Positions 39,324-48,895 are shown, counted from the stretch's first letter. The stretch is DNA of 64,000 nt from a virus (IMGVR_UViG_3300005614_000005:1-64000), one strand, 5' to 3'. A program made the numbers and translations. Notes: a model not told the origin generated them from the letters alone.

Positions 39324-41099
39324 GTGCCGTATGTAGAGCGTTGGGGCGACGACCGGATCGTCATCCACTCCGAGTATCGCGAACGTGAACTTGTGAAGCA
39401 GGTGCCCGGCGCGAAGTGGGACGACGCCACGAAAGTGTGGTGGTGTCCGTTGTCGTGGGCCGCGTGCATGCAGCTTCGCGGCGTGTTCGGCGACCTACTT
39501 CAGATCGGGGAGCAGCTCGTCACGTGGGCGCAGGGCGAGCTCGACGGCCGCGTGTCGCCGTGTCTCGTCCTGCGCGAAGCTGAGGACGCTGAGCTGCCCG
39601 CGGGCGTAGTGCCCGCCACGCTTCCGAAAACTGGCGACACGTTCCGCGGGAAACTCGTGGAGGCGGATTGGGATCTTGAGCCGCGGCAGCGCGCCGGCGT
39701 GCGGTTTCTCGCCACCGCGCGCCGCGCAGCGCTCTGTGACGGAATGGGTTCCGGCAAGACGGTGCAGACGATCATCGCGCTCGAGATGCTCGCCGCCGAA
39801 GGGAAGGACCCGTACCCGGCGGTCGTTGTCTGCCCGAACTCGATGAAGGCCACGTGGTGGGAGGAGTTCGACCTCTGGGCGCCACATCGCAAGGTGACCG
39901 TCATTCGCGGTGGCGCCGCCGCGCGCCGCAAGCTCCTCGCCGAGCCCGCCGACGTGTACGTGTTCAACTGGGAGGGGCTCCGCAGCCACACCCGCCTCGC
40001 GGGCTACGGGTTCATCCGCCTCAGCGAAGACGAGAAAACGGACAAGGAGCTCAACCTCATGCCGCTCCGTTCGTTCGTCGCTGACGAGGCGCACCGCGCG
40101 AAGGACCCTAAATCGAAGCAGACCCGCGCCGCGTGGGCCATCGCGCGGAAGTGCGAGTTCCGCTTCGCGCTGACCGGCACCCCGCTCGCGAACTCGCCCG
40201 AGGACACCTGGGCAATCATGCACATGCTCGAACCCCGCGAGTGGCCGTCACGCACGCAGTTCGTGGACCGCTACGCGTTGCAGTCGTGGAGCAACTTCGG
40301 GTTCATGCAAGTGACGGGGATCCGCGGCGAGAACCGCGACGAGTTCCTGCGAATCCTCGATCCGCGCTTCCTCCGGCGTCCGACGAAGATCGTCGTGCCC
40401 GACCTGCTCGACAAGCTACCTCCGCAGGTGCGTCACGTCGAACTGGTGCCGAAGCAGCGCAAGGCCTATGAACAACTTCGCAAGGAGCTTCTCGCCGAGC
40501 TTGACTCCGGCGTCCTGATGGCCACCAACCCGCTGACACGCATGACGCGACTCATTCAGCTCGCGGCCGCGTACGGAGAGGTCGAGAACGGGGTGGACAT
40601 GAAGCTCTCCGAGCCGAGCGCGAAGCTCGACGCGCTCGATGAGTTCTTGGAGGACGTCGGACCCGAAGAACAGGTCGTCGTCTTCGCCGAGTCGCGGCAG
40701 CTCATCGAACTCGCGGCCAAGCGCCTCGAGAAGCACAAGGTTCCGTTCGGCCTGATCACCGGCGCGCAGCAGGACTTCGAGCGTCAGCGATCCGTCCAAG
40801 ACTTCCAGGCGGGCAACCTCAGGGTCATTCTCGCCACGCTCGGCGCCGGCGGCGAGGGGTTGACCCTGACAGCCGCGCGGCACGTCGTCTTCCTGCAGAG
40901 GTCGTTCTCGTTGGTGAAGAACAGGCAGGCCGAGGACCGAGTCTACCGCAAGGGGCAGACCCGTGAGGTCCAGCGTACCGACATCGTCGCCGTCAACACC
41001 ATCGAGGAGCACGTCCTCCTCGTCGGCGAGGACAAGGAGGAACGTCTCGAGGAAATCTGCCGCGATGAGGAGGTGCTTCGCAGATGGCTTACCAAGTAG
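39324..41099 (+). CDS. SNF2-family helicase
   Basis: DGMGSGKT, DEAH, LTGTP, GEGLTLT, QAEDRVYRKGQ. Confidence 0.93.
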   Translation: MPYVERWGDDRIVIHSEYRERELVKQVPGAKWDDATKVWWCPLSWAACMQLRGVFGDLLQIGEQLVTWAQGELDGRVSPCLVLREAEDAELPAGVVPATLPKTGDTFRGKLVEADWDLEPRQRAGVRFLATARRAALCDGMGSGKTVQTIIALEMLAAEGKDPYPAVVVCPNSMKATWWEEFDLWAPHRKVTVIRGGAAARRKLLAEPADVYVFNWEGLRSHTRLAGYGFIRLSEDEKTDKELNLMPLRSFVADEAHRAKDPKSKQTRAAWAIARKCEFRFALTGTPLANSPEDTWAIMHMLEPREWPSRTQFVDRYALQSWSNFGFMQVTGIRGENRDEFLRILDPRFLRRPTKIVVPDLLDKLPPQVRHVELVPKQRKAYEQLRKELLAELDSGVLMATNPLTRMTRLIQLAAAYGEVENGVDMKLSEPSAKLDALDEFLEDVGPEEQVVVFAESRQLIELAAKRLEKHKVPFGLITGAQQDFERQRSVQDFQAGNLRVILATLGAGGEGLTLTAARHVVFLQRSFSLVKNRQAEDRVYRKGQTREVQRTDIVAVNTIEEHVLLVGEDKEERLEEICRDEEVLRRWLTK

Positions 41100-41725
41100 G
41101 TCCGGTCGCACACAACGCGCACCGTCGCTCGCGGAAGCCGAAGGTCGGCGTCGACATCGACGGAGTCCTGTACCCATTCGACCTCGCGGCACGGACGCTG
41201 TTGAAGTTGCGCGGCGTGGACGTAACCGTAGCGGATGACGCACAGTATTGGAATCACACCGCGGAGCTCGTTGGTCACGAGGCGTGGGAGTGGATCTGGG
41301 GCCCCGGCCGCCGACAGGTCTTCGAGGCGGCGCCTCCGTACCCCGGCGCGATCAAGGCCATGCGCCGTTTGGAACAGGACGTGCGGATCGTGTACGTTAC
41401 CCACCGCCCACTCGACGTGGCGCACGTCACGCTGCGCTGGCTCGCCTACCACAAGCTCAACCCCCACGCCGTCATCCACGCATCCGGCGAGGAGAAGTCG
41501 CAGTACGCGACCGACTGCATCGCCTTCATCGAGGACCGCGCCGAAAACGCCCGCGAGATCGCAGACGCCAGCGACGCAACCGTCTGGGTCCCGTGCCGGA
41601 CGTGGAACTCGGACGTGGGTATCCTCCCTGAGGATGCAGTACGTCCCAACCTACGAACATTCAATGACTGGAAGGAGGTGACGGAGTGGATCAAACAAGC
41701 AGTCCAGACGGAAGCGACATCCTGA
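41084..41725 (+). CDS. HAD 5'(3')-deoxyribonucleotidase-like protein
   Basis: VDIDGVL, VTHR, FIEDR, WN. Confidence 0.8.
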   Translation: MAYQVGPVAHNAHRRSRKPKVGVDIDGVLYPFDLAARTLLKLRGVDVTVADDAQYWNHTAELVGHEAWEWIWGPGRRQVFEAAPPYPGAIKAMRRLEQDVRIVYVTHRPLDVAHVTLRWLAYHKLNPHAVIHASGEEKSQYATDCIAFIEDRAENAREIADASDATVWVPCRTWNSDVGILPEDAVRPNLRTFNDWKEVTEWIKQAVQTEATS

Positions 41726-41988
41726 GCGAGGCGTACAAGCTCATCCGCGGTGAGCGGTTGCAGCACTACGGCCCCCCGATCAAGAACTTCGAGCGCATCG
41801 CGAAGGGGTGGACCGCCTACCTGGGCGACCGCTTGAAGGTTGACCTGACGGTCAACGACGTGTGCGCGATGATGGTCATCCTCAAGCAGATGCGCATGGC
41901 GGAGGGGTACCACCGCGACTCGGCGACCGATACCGCCGGATACGCAGCGCTGCAGGAAATCCTCGCCGAGGGAGTGGAGCTGACGTGA
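41686..41988 (+). CDS. DUF6378-like all-alpha protein
   Basis: GER...YG....NFERIA..W; M...K..R; D..GY. Confidence 0.75.
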   Translation: MDQTSSPDGSDILSEAYKLIRGERLQHYGPPIKNFERIAKGWTAYLGDRLKVDLTVNDVCAMMVILKQMRMAEGYHRDSATDTAGYAALQEILAEGVELT

Positions 41989-42207
41989 GAATGACGGTGA
42001 CAGACGACGAGGTGACGGTTCACGTCTCCCGTCGAAACCTGCTCACCCTCTTGCACAAGCTCGAGATGGCGGACTCGAAGCGCACCCTGTCCCGCCGTCC
42101 ACACGACGGCGGGTCGCGTATCTTGACCCTCGTCGCCGACGAAGACGACACCCACTACGGCGACCGTGTGCCAGGCGCCGTCCACCCACTAACCGAGGCT
42201 GCGATCC

Positions 42208-42861
42208 ATGGCTCCTGAGTTTCAAGGCTTTCCGAAAATCCCCCGCCTCCACCGTGGCCTCACGATCACCGAGAAGATCGACGGCACGAACGCGGCGGTA
42301 GGGGTAGAAAAGCTGGACAAGGTGCAGGAGGGCACACACCCGCTTGGAACTCTCGTCACCCTCGCGCGTCCCTACCCGGAGGAGGGCGAGATAGACTCGT
42401 ACCTCGTCTACGCGCAGTCGCGGACGCGGATCATCGTTCCCGGCGACGACAACTACGGGTTCGCGTTGTGGGTTTCGCAACACGCAACGGAGCTCGCGGA
42501 GCTCGGCCCGGGCGTGCACTTCGGCGAGTGGTGGGGCGTGGGGATCAACCGCGCCTACGACCTCCACGAGCGCCGCTTCTCCCTCTTCAACACCTCCCGC
42601 TGGAGCGAGGAGCGCCCCGCGTGCTGTGGCGTCGTGCCGGTGCTCGGCGAACTCGACAACTTCCACTCGCCCACCGTCGAAGAGATCGGCCTCGCCCTCT
42701 CGCAGAGTGGGTCCGTCGCCGCACCTGGGTTCAAGCGTCCCGAGGGCGTCGTGGTCTTCCACAAGGCCGCGAACTTCTGCTTCAAGTGGACCTTCAACGG
42801 CGACGGCCACAAGTCTGAGAGCAGCAAGCGCACTCGGCGCGGAAACCGCGGCGGGTCGTGA
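42208..42861 (+). CDS. ATP-dependent RNA ligase (Rnl2-like adenylation domain)
   Basis: FPKIPR, TEKIDGTN, QSR, FGEWWG, PEGVV. Confidence 0.85.
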   Translation: MAPEFQGFPKIPRLHRGLTITEKIDGTNAAVGVEKLDKVQEGTHPLGTLVTLARPYPEEGEIDSYLVYAQSRTRIIVPGDDNYGFALWVSQHATELAELGPGVHFGEWWGVGINRAYDLHERRFSLFNTSRWSEERPACCGVVPVLGELDNFHSPTVEEIGLALSQSGSVAAPGFKRPEGVVVFHKAANFCFKWTFNGDGHKSESSKRTRRGNRGGS

Positions 42862-43112
42862 ACGTCCACGACCTCATCTTCGCGGTCGGGTCGGGCATCT
42901 TCGCGGTTTCGCTCGTACCCGCCGTCGTCAAGCGGACACAGATGCCGCTCTCGTCGTCGCTCCCGACGGCCATCGTCCTGTCGGCGTTCCTCGCGAACTA
43001 CGTGTGGATGGGCTTTGCGTGGTCGGCGGTGACGACGGCCTGCACGGCGCTCTGCTGGTGGGCGCTCGTGGTCAGACGCGACAGTCGCGCACTCCCGATC
43101 AAGCGCTCATGA
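42858..43112 (+). CDS. Small three-TM membrane protein (PQ-loop/SemiSWEET-like)
   Basis: Three hydrophobic helices with a Pro at the end of TM1. Confidence 0.45.
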   Translation: MNVHDLIFAVGSGIFAVSLVPAVVKRTQMPLSSSLPTAIVLSAFLANYVWMGFAWSAVTTACTALCWWALVVRRDSRALPIKRS

Positions 43113-44026
43113 CGAAGCTCCTCACCAACAGTGAGATGAAGCTCTGGCGCCGGTGCAAGCGGCACTGGTGGCTTAGCCACTACCGCGGCCTGCGCCGCGC
43201 GGACGTCGAGTTCAACAAGCCACTCAGCATCGGCAGCCGCGTACACGAGTGCCTGGAGGCCCTGTACGGCGTAGACAAACGCGGCGACCCACTCGCCAAG
43301 CTGCGTGAAACGGTCGACATGGACCTCGCGAAGTTTCCCATGCACGCCACCGACATCGCCAAGGAGGCCGACCTCTGTCAAGCCATGCTGGAAGGTTACC
43401 TGCAGTGGCTCGAGGAAGAAGGTTGCGACATCGGGTTCCGCGTGGTTGCGAGCGAGGGTCGGCGCGAAGCCCCACTGATCGACGGCGTGAACCTGCTCGC
43501 GAAGCTCGACGCCCGCGTGGTCCACGAGGAGCGTGCCGACATTCGGTTGGCCCTAGAGCACAAGACGGTGGGCGACCTGTCAACACCGCTCACGCTGTTG
43601 CAAATCGACACCCAGCTCTTGACCGAGCATCTCGTTGAGTTCCTCGCGTTGCGTGAGGAAGGTCGCGAGAGCGAGGCTGCGCAGGGCGTGCTCTACAACA
43701 TGCTGCGCAAGGTCAAGCGAACCGCTCGCGCGAAGCCACCGTTCTACGGTCGCGAGGAGGTCAACCACAACGTGCACGAGCTCCGTGTACATTGGTTGCA
43801 CGTGCAACGAATCGCGGAAGAGATCTTGCAGGCGGAACGCGAACTCGCGGAAGGGAAGCAGCACCATGAGGTGGTGTACCCGAACCCTACGAGGGACTGC
43901 CGATGGGATTGTGAGTTCTTTCATTTGTGCCCACTTCTCAACGATGGCTCTGACTATGAGGCTCTCATCGCAGCAGATTACGTTGTAGGTAATCCTCTTG
44001 AGCGGTATGCTGACGCTCCAGAGTGA
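43109..44026 (+). CDS. PD-(D/E)XK (Cas4/RecB-like) exonuclease
   Basis: CKR, GSRVH, KLD, EHKT, CRWDCEFFHLC. Confidence 0.88.
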   Translation: MTKLLTNSEMKLWRRCKRHWWLSHYRGLRRADVEFNKPLSIGSRVHECLEALYGVDKRGDPLAKLRETVDMDLAKFPMHATDIAKEADLCQAMLEGYLQWLEEEGCDIGFRVVASEGRREAPLIDGVNLLAKLDARVVHEERADIRLALEHKTVGDLSTPLTLLQIDTQLLTEHLVEFLALREEGRESEAAQGVLYNMLRKVKRTARAKPPFYGREEVNHNVHELRVHWLHVQRIAEEILQAERELAEGKQHHEVVYPNPTRDCRWDCEFFHLCPLLNDGSDYEALIAADYVVGNPLERYADAPE

Positions 44027-44100
44027 AGACGTACACGCTTTCTTAGCATTCTGACGAATGCTGCCGATGTTGCCACAACCGACGGGTAGAGTTCGTCAAG

Positions 44101-44799
44101 TTGAGACCGACTCTCTCCATTCTGATCCACGGGGACGCCGGCGTCGGTAAGAGCCGACTCGCAGGTACCGGCCCCACGCCGCTTCTCATCCTCGACGCCG
44201 AGGGTAGGGCGCGGTACCTTCCCGGCCGCAAGGTCGTGTGGAACCCGTACACGGAGCAGCCGCCCGTCGCCGACGGGTCGTGGGACATCTGCATCGTCGT
44301 CATCTCGAAGTTCGATGACCTGTCCCAGGTGTTCCAGTGGTTGCAGTCGGGCCAGCACCCGTTCGTCTCCGTCGCGCTCGACTCGTTGATGGAGGCGCAG
44401 AAGCGTCTCATCGACCAGGTCGCCGGCATGGAGCAGCTCCAGACACAAGACTGGGGGGTTGTCCTTCGTAGACTTGAGGCACTCGTACGGTCGTACCGCG
44501 ACCTGACGATCGTTGACAGCAATCCACTCGACTGCGCGATCTTTACGGTTGGCACGCAGGTCAGCGACACCGGTCGGTACGAACCACTTCTTCAGGGCGC
44601 GCTTCGCCGGACCCTGCCCTACTACATGGACACGGTCGGCTACCTTTACGTGACGCACGAAGTTGAGGGTCAACCTACAAGGAACCTGCTCGTGCAGCCA
44701 ACGCAGACCATCGTAGCAAAGGACGGAACCGATCGTCTAGGCGGTCCGGTGATCCAGAATCCGAACCTGTCACAACTATTCAAGGAGCTCACCGGATGA
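44101..44799 (+). CDS. AAA_24 / Sak4-like recombination ATPase
   Basis: HGDAGVGKS, LDAE, ALDS, WG, AKD. Confidence 0.85.
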   Translation: MRPTLSILIHGDAGVGKSRLAGTGPTPLLILDAEGRARYLPGRKVVWNPYTEQPPVADGSWDICIVVISKFDDLSQVFQWLQSGQHPFVSVALDSLMEAQKRLIDQVAGMEQLQTQDWGVVLRRLEALVRSYRDLTIVDSNPLDCAIFTVGTQVSDTGRYEPLLQGALRRTLPYYMDTVGYLYVTHEVEGQPTRNLLVQPTQTIVAKDGTDRLGGPVIQNPNLSQLFKELTG

Positions 44800-45485
44800 C
44801 AACGGTAAACCTGCAAGACGCATTCAAGCAGTACCAGAAGGAAGACGAGGTGACCGTCCTGGAGGAGGGCGAGTACACGCTCGAGGTGATCCGCTGCGCC
44901 GTTCGCGGCCAGGACAAGAACGCGCTGATGCCCGTCTACCGGGTAATCGGCGGTCCCTACGCTGGCAAGACCGTCATGGCCGGCCAGCTCACCCTCACCG
45001 AGAACTCGCGGTCGATCTTCTTCCGCAACCTCAAGGGCTTCGGGATCGAGGAAGCCTTCATCATGCAGTCCGCTGGCGGGCTGGACGACATCGCCAAAGC
45101 GCTCATCGGGCGCGTCGTCAAGATGAAGGTCCAGAAGCGCCAGTGGCAGGGCAACGACCGCAACCAGTTCCCCATTGGCGGGGTCATGCTGGTCTCGCTT
45201 CCGTCACAGCCGGGCGCGCCGCAGGCCGCCGCGCAGCAGGCCGCTCCGGTCGCTCCGCAGGTCGCCCAGCCGCCAGCTGCTCCCGCAGTTCAGCAGCAGG
45301 CACCTCCGCCGGTGCAGGAGCAGGCGCCGCCGCCACCCGCCGCGCCGGTGCAGCAGCAAGCTCCCCCGCCTGCGGCTCCCGCTGCGACCGCACAGCAGAC
45401 CCCACCCCCGCCCCCGAACCCCGCCGCGGCTCCCCCTCCGCCGCCACCCCCCGCAGGCGGCGCTCCGACGGGCACCCCCTTCTAG
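44796..45485 (+). CDS. DUF669-like single-stranded DNA-binding protein with Pro/Gln/Ala tail
   Basis: EGEY..EV and GGPYAGK motifs; tail ending PF; follows the exonuclease and ATPase. Confidence 0.7.
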   Translation: MTTVNLQDAFKQYQKEDEVTVLEEGEYTLEVIRCAVRGQDKNALMPVYRVIGGPYAGKTVMAGQLTLTENSRSIFFRNLKGFGIEEAFIMQSAGGLDDIAKALIGRVVKMKVQKRQWQGNDRNQFPIGGVMLVSLPSQPGAPQAAAQQAAPVAPQVAQPPAAPAVQQQAPPPVQEQAPPPPAAPVQQQAPPPAAPAATAQQTPPPPPNPAAAPPPPPPPAGGAPTGTPF

Positions 45486-45491
45486 GCCGCC

Positions 45492-45890
45492 ATGCGCGAC
45501 CTGCTCGCACGGCAGCGGAGGCTTCAAGTCGAAGCCTTCGCTGTCGACCCGCACGAGTTGACTGGTGAGGACCGCGTCGAGTACGTTCGGATGAACGTCC
45601 TTGCGGTCGTAGACGAGGCGATGGAGATGCTCCACCACGTCAACGGCTGGAAGAACTGGCAGACCGAGCGCTCGCGCGCCGGCGAGATCGCGGATCTTCA
45701 AGAGTACATCGGCGAGGGCGTCGATCTCCTGCACTTTGTGGCCAATTTGCTGAACGTTGCAGGAGTCGATGACCAAGAACTCGACGCGCTCTTCGCGAAA
45801 AAGCAGCGCGTGAACGCACAGCGGCAGGCCCTCGGGTACGAGGGTCACGGCGACGACTTCGCCGCGGCGCACCCGCAGGTGATGGCGTGA
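45492..45890 (+). CDS. Dimeric all-alpha dUTPase/dCTPase
   Basis: Q..LQ, DEAMEM, WKNW, EGVDLLHF, K..VN.QRQ..GY. Confidence 0.85.
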   Translation: MRDLLARQRRLQVEAFAVDPHELTGEDRVEYVRMNVLAVVDEAMEMLHHVNGWKNWQTERSRAGEIADLQEYIGEGVDLLHFVANLLNVAGVDDQELDALFAKKQRVNAQRQALGYEGHGDDFAAAHPQVMA

Positions 45891-46324
45891 AGCTCGCGGC
45901 ATCCGAGCGCCCGTGCAGCGGCTGCGCGCACTCCGCGAGTGGGATTCCGTATCCTGGGCATCCGTCGGGTGAGCGACCTTGCTGCTTCTGCGTCCGCAAC
46001 CCCGAACTGGCGCGCACCAGCGACGTCTGCCGCGACAGCGACGGTAACGGGGTCTGGTACGACGGCAAGACACCCGCGTACAAGACGCCGATGGACAACT
46101 ACATCGCGACCGACCGTCTCCAGCAAGAGCGGCTCTTCGCCGTGCTTGGTGCCATCGAGCGTGGAGAACTGACGGTCAAGCCGCGGCAAACACTCGCTGA
46201 GTTCTACGGGGTAGATTGTGATGTAGGTATGGGCGACCCCAAGACCATGTGTTGTGAGGGCGGCCCGTTTCCCGGCGGCCACAGCGGTGGGTGCATTCTT
46301 CTCGTGGGGGTTTCCATATCATGA
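45887..46324 (+). CDS. Cys-rich hypothetical protein
   Basis: RPCSGC and RPCCFC; overlaps both neighbours. Confidence 0.55.
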   Translation: MKLAASERPCSGCAHSASGIPYPGHPSGERPCCFCVRNPELARTSDVCRDSDGNGVWYDGKTPAYKTPMDNYIATDRLQQERLFAVLGAIERGELTVKPRQTLAEFYGVDCDVGMGDPKTMCCEGGPFPGGHSGGCILLVGVSIS

Positions 46325-47601
46325 CTCATCCGTTCGTTGACGTGCAAGGTCTCGCCGGCGCCTGGACGCTTGGCACGGTGCAGGCGGGCTTCGAGTTGAA
46401 GCACCGCGTGTCGCTGCCCGGCGGCTTCGGCGACGCCGCCATCGACGCGAACCGGCACCTCGTCGGCGACGGGTGGGCGCAGGAGACCGGCGACCCGGTC
46501 GAAGCCTGGACGCCTCAGGAGGGCGTCGCCTACATCTGCGGCACGCCGCCGTGCTCGGGCTTCTCGCTACTGAACAGCGCGAAGGGATCCAACGCGCGCG
46601 GTCCCGAGTCCAGCATCAACAACTGCATGAAGGAGCTCGTCAAGTACGCCGGTCAGTGCACCGGCTCCGACGGGCGTCCCGGCCCTCAGATCGTCAGCTT
46701 CGAGAGCGTGCAGGGCGCCTACACGCAGGGCCGCGGGCTCATGCAGTACCTGCGCGACATGCTCAACGAGACCTCCGGCTCGCACTACAGCCTGTCTCAC
46801 GTCCTGATGTCGGGCGCGTCCGTGGGCAACGCGCAGATGCGGCACCGCTTCTACGTCGTCTTCCACCGGATCCCGTTCGGCGTGGACCAGCCTCAGGAAC
46901 GGAAGGTCGTCACCTACGCGGACGCCATCGAGGATCTGATCGGCGGCACACTCCAGTGGGAGCCGCAGCCGTACCCCACGCACGACACGCTACCCGACGG
47001 CAGGCCCGACCTCTCGCCGTACGCCACCCCACTTCGCTCGTCGTCTGGCAACTTCGACGCGCACGTGACCATCGACCACGGCCGCTCCGCCTCCGTCATC
47101 AAAGAGGTGTGGGACGTCTGGAAGCCAGGTCAGAGCCTGCCCGAAGCGCTGCTCGCCGCGGGCCTCCGTCCTCCGACGCTCGAAAAAAGCTTCGTGGAGA
47201 ACTTCGAAGGGACCGGCAAGCCCGGCTACAAGGGCTGGAGCTGGCCCGTCAAGGTGCGCCCGGACCGACCGGGGTACGTGCTGACGGGCGGGGGTATCCA
47301 CGGGTTCGTCCACTGGGCCGAGCCTCGTCTCCTCTCAGCGCGCGAGTGCTCGCGTCTGATGGGCTACCCTGACGACTGGACCTGGCCTACCAACTCCGTC
47401 AACCAGGCAAGCGCCTGGATCGGCAAGTGCTGCCCCGTCACGTCAGGACGATGGATCTCATCGTTCGTACGGCGTGCGCTGGACGGCGATCCCGCGTCAC
47501 CGCTCGAGCAGATCGGGCCGCGTGAGTTCTATTACAACTGCACCCTGGCCTACAAGAAGTGGCCTGGTGGCGCCGTCCCCAAGCGGGTAAGATCGAGGTA
47601 G
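46321..47601 (+). CDS. DNA cytosine-C5-methyltransferase homolog with degenerate SAM-binding motifs
   Basis: Motif IV GTPPCSGFS, VI FESVQG, VIII QMRHR, IX RECSRLMGYPDD; motif I DVQGLAGAW and X IGKCCP are atypical. Confidence 0.85.
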   Translation: MTHPFVDVQGLAGAWTLGTVQAGFELKHRVSLPGGFGDAAIDANRHLVGDGWAQETGDPVEAWTPQEGVAYICGTPPCSGFSLLNSAKGSNARGPESSINNCMKELVKYAGQCTGSDGRPGPQIVSFESVQGAYTQGRGLMQYLRDMLNETSGSHYSLSHVLMSGASVGNAQMRHRFYVVFHRIPFGVDQPQERKVVTYADAIEDLIGGTLQWEPQPYPTHDTLPDGRPDLSPYATPLRSSSGNFDAHVTIDHGRSASVIKEVWDVWKPGQSLPEALLAAGLRPPTLEKSFVENFEGTGKPGYKGWSWPVKVRPDRPGYVLTGGGIHGFVHWAEPRLLSARECSRLMGYPDDWTWPTNSVNQASAWIGKCCPVTSGRWISSFVRRALDGDPASPLEQIGPREFYYNCTLAYKKWPGGAVPKRVRSR

Positions 47602-47604
47602 CGG

Positions 47605-48891
47605 ATGTCGAAACAGTCCAAACGAGAGAAAACCATCTACCACCGCACCTGCAAGCGGGACGGGTGTGAGGAGGAGTTCGACACCGAGAACCCACGCAAG
47701 GTGTACCACACACCGGCGTGCGCCCAGAAGGCGAGCAACGACTCCAAGCGGCAGCCGCCCCGTTCGCTGGATGAGGTCGTCGCCGACGAGCAGGCCCGCG
47801 ACATCGAGCGGGCGAACAAGCGGGAGCTCCGCAAGATCCTGTCCGGTGAGCACCGGATGCGCCGCTACGAGCAGGTGCTCAGCGACGCGCTGACGTCCTA
47901 CGAGCCTGCCGAGCTCGCCGCTCCGACCCCCGCCGACAAATCGCTCCCGGTTCACGAGGACATTCTGGTCACCGGCGACTGGCACATCGGCCAGAAGACG
48001 ACGATGGAGGAGACCGGCGGCATCTACGAGCAGGACGTCGCCACGGCTCGCGCGCAGGTCGCGCAGATCTGGCGGGCGACCGAGCGGATCCACGCCATCG
48101 AAGCGTCGGGCCGCAACACGCAGCGCCTGCACCACATCTTCCTCGGCGACCTGGTGGAGGGCTCCAACATGCGGCCCTCGCAGCACCGCAAAATCGAGGA
48201 CGTCGTGACCGTCCAGATGGTGGAGGGCTTCGACCTGCTCGCCTGGCAGATCCGCCAGGAGCTCACCATCTTCCCCGAGGTCGAGGTGGACCTCGTCGGC
48301 GGGAACCACGACCGCGGCACCTCCAAGGCCGGCGACGCCGGACTCGGCGAGCTCTCGTACGTCGACACCTTCTCGTGGCTCGCCGGCGCGTTCCTGGAAC
48401 GCGTCCTCGCGAACGACATCGAGACGGGTCGCCTCAAGATCCGGAACTGGACGACCTTCTTCGGCTTCAAGGAGATCGCGGAGCAGCGGGTCGTCTTCGA
48501 GCACGGATCGTCCTTCAAGTGGAGCACCGGCGGCTACGGCGGCATCCCGTGGTACGGCGTCTCGAACCTCGGCCCGAAGTACAACGCCATGCTCGGCGGG
48601 GCGGACCTGATCCTGCTCGGGCACGGCCACCGGCCCGCGATCCTCCCGCACGGTCGGGGCTGGATCGTCGCCAACGGCGCCCTGCCCGCCACCAGCACTT
48701 ACATCCAGGCGGGCCAGAAGGTCGTCTCACGTCCGCAGCAGTGGCGGCTCTCGGCCCACCGCAAGTTCGGGATCACGAACTTCACCCCGATCTACGCCGA
48801 CGTCCCCGAGGCGCTCCTGCCCGGGATGGTGTGGGAGGCTCCGGAGCACTACGCCGACCTCGCGTCGGGTAAGGCCGCCGCGCAGGGATGA
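47605..48891 (+). CDS. Calcineurin-like metallophosphoesterase with N-terminal Zn-finger-like region
   Basis: GDWH, GDLVEG, GNHD, EHG, GHGH; CKRDGC..HTPAC. Confidence 0.85.
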   Translation: MSKQSKREKTIYHRTCKRDGCEEEFDTENPRKVYHTPACAQKASNDSKRQPPRSLDEVVADEQARDIERANKRELRKILSGEHRMRRYEQVLSDALTSYEPAELAAPTPADKSLPVHEDILVTGDWHIGQKTTMEETGGIYEQDVATARAQVAQIWRATERIHAIEASGRNTQRLHHIFLGDLVEGSNMRPSQHRKIEDVVTVQMVEGFDLLAWQIRQELTIFPEVEVDLVGGNHDRGTSKAGDAGLGELSYVDTFSWLAGAFLERVLANDIETGRLKIRNWTTFFGFKEIAEQRVVFEHGSSFKWSTGGYGGIPWYGVSNLGPKYNAMLGGADLILLGHGHRPAILPHGRGWIVANGALPATSTYIQAGQKVVSRPQQWRLSAHRKFGITNFTPIYADVPEALLPGMVWEAPEHYADLASGKAAAQG

Positions 48892-48895
48892 GCCC

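Noticed and set aside
43109-44026. CRISPR-associated Cas4
   Set aside because: It sits in the usual exonuclease-ATPase-SSB phage recombination module.
45200-45485. Repeat element in a C-rich tract
   Set aside because: It is explained by the Pro/Gln/Ala-rich tail of the SSB-like protein.
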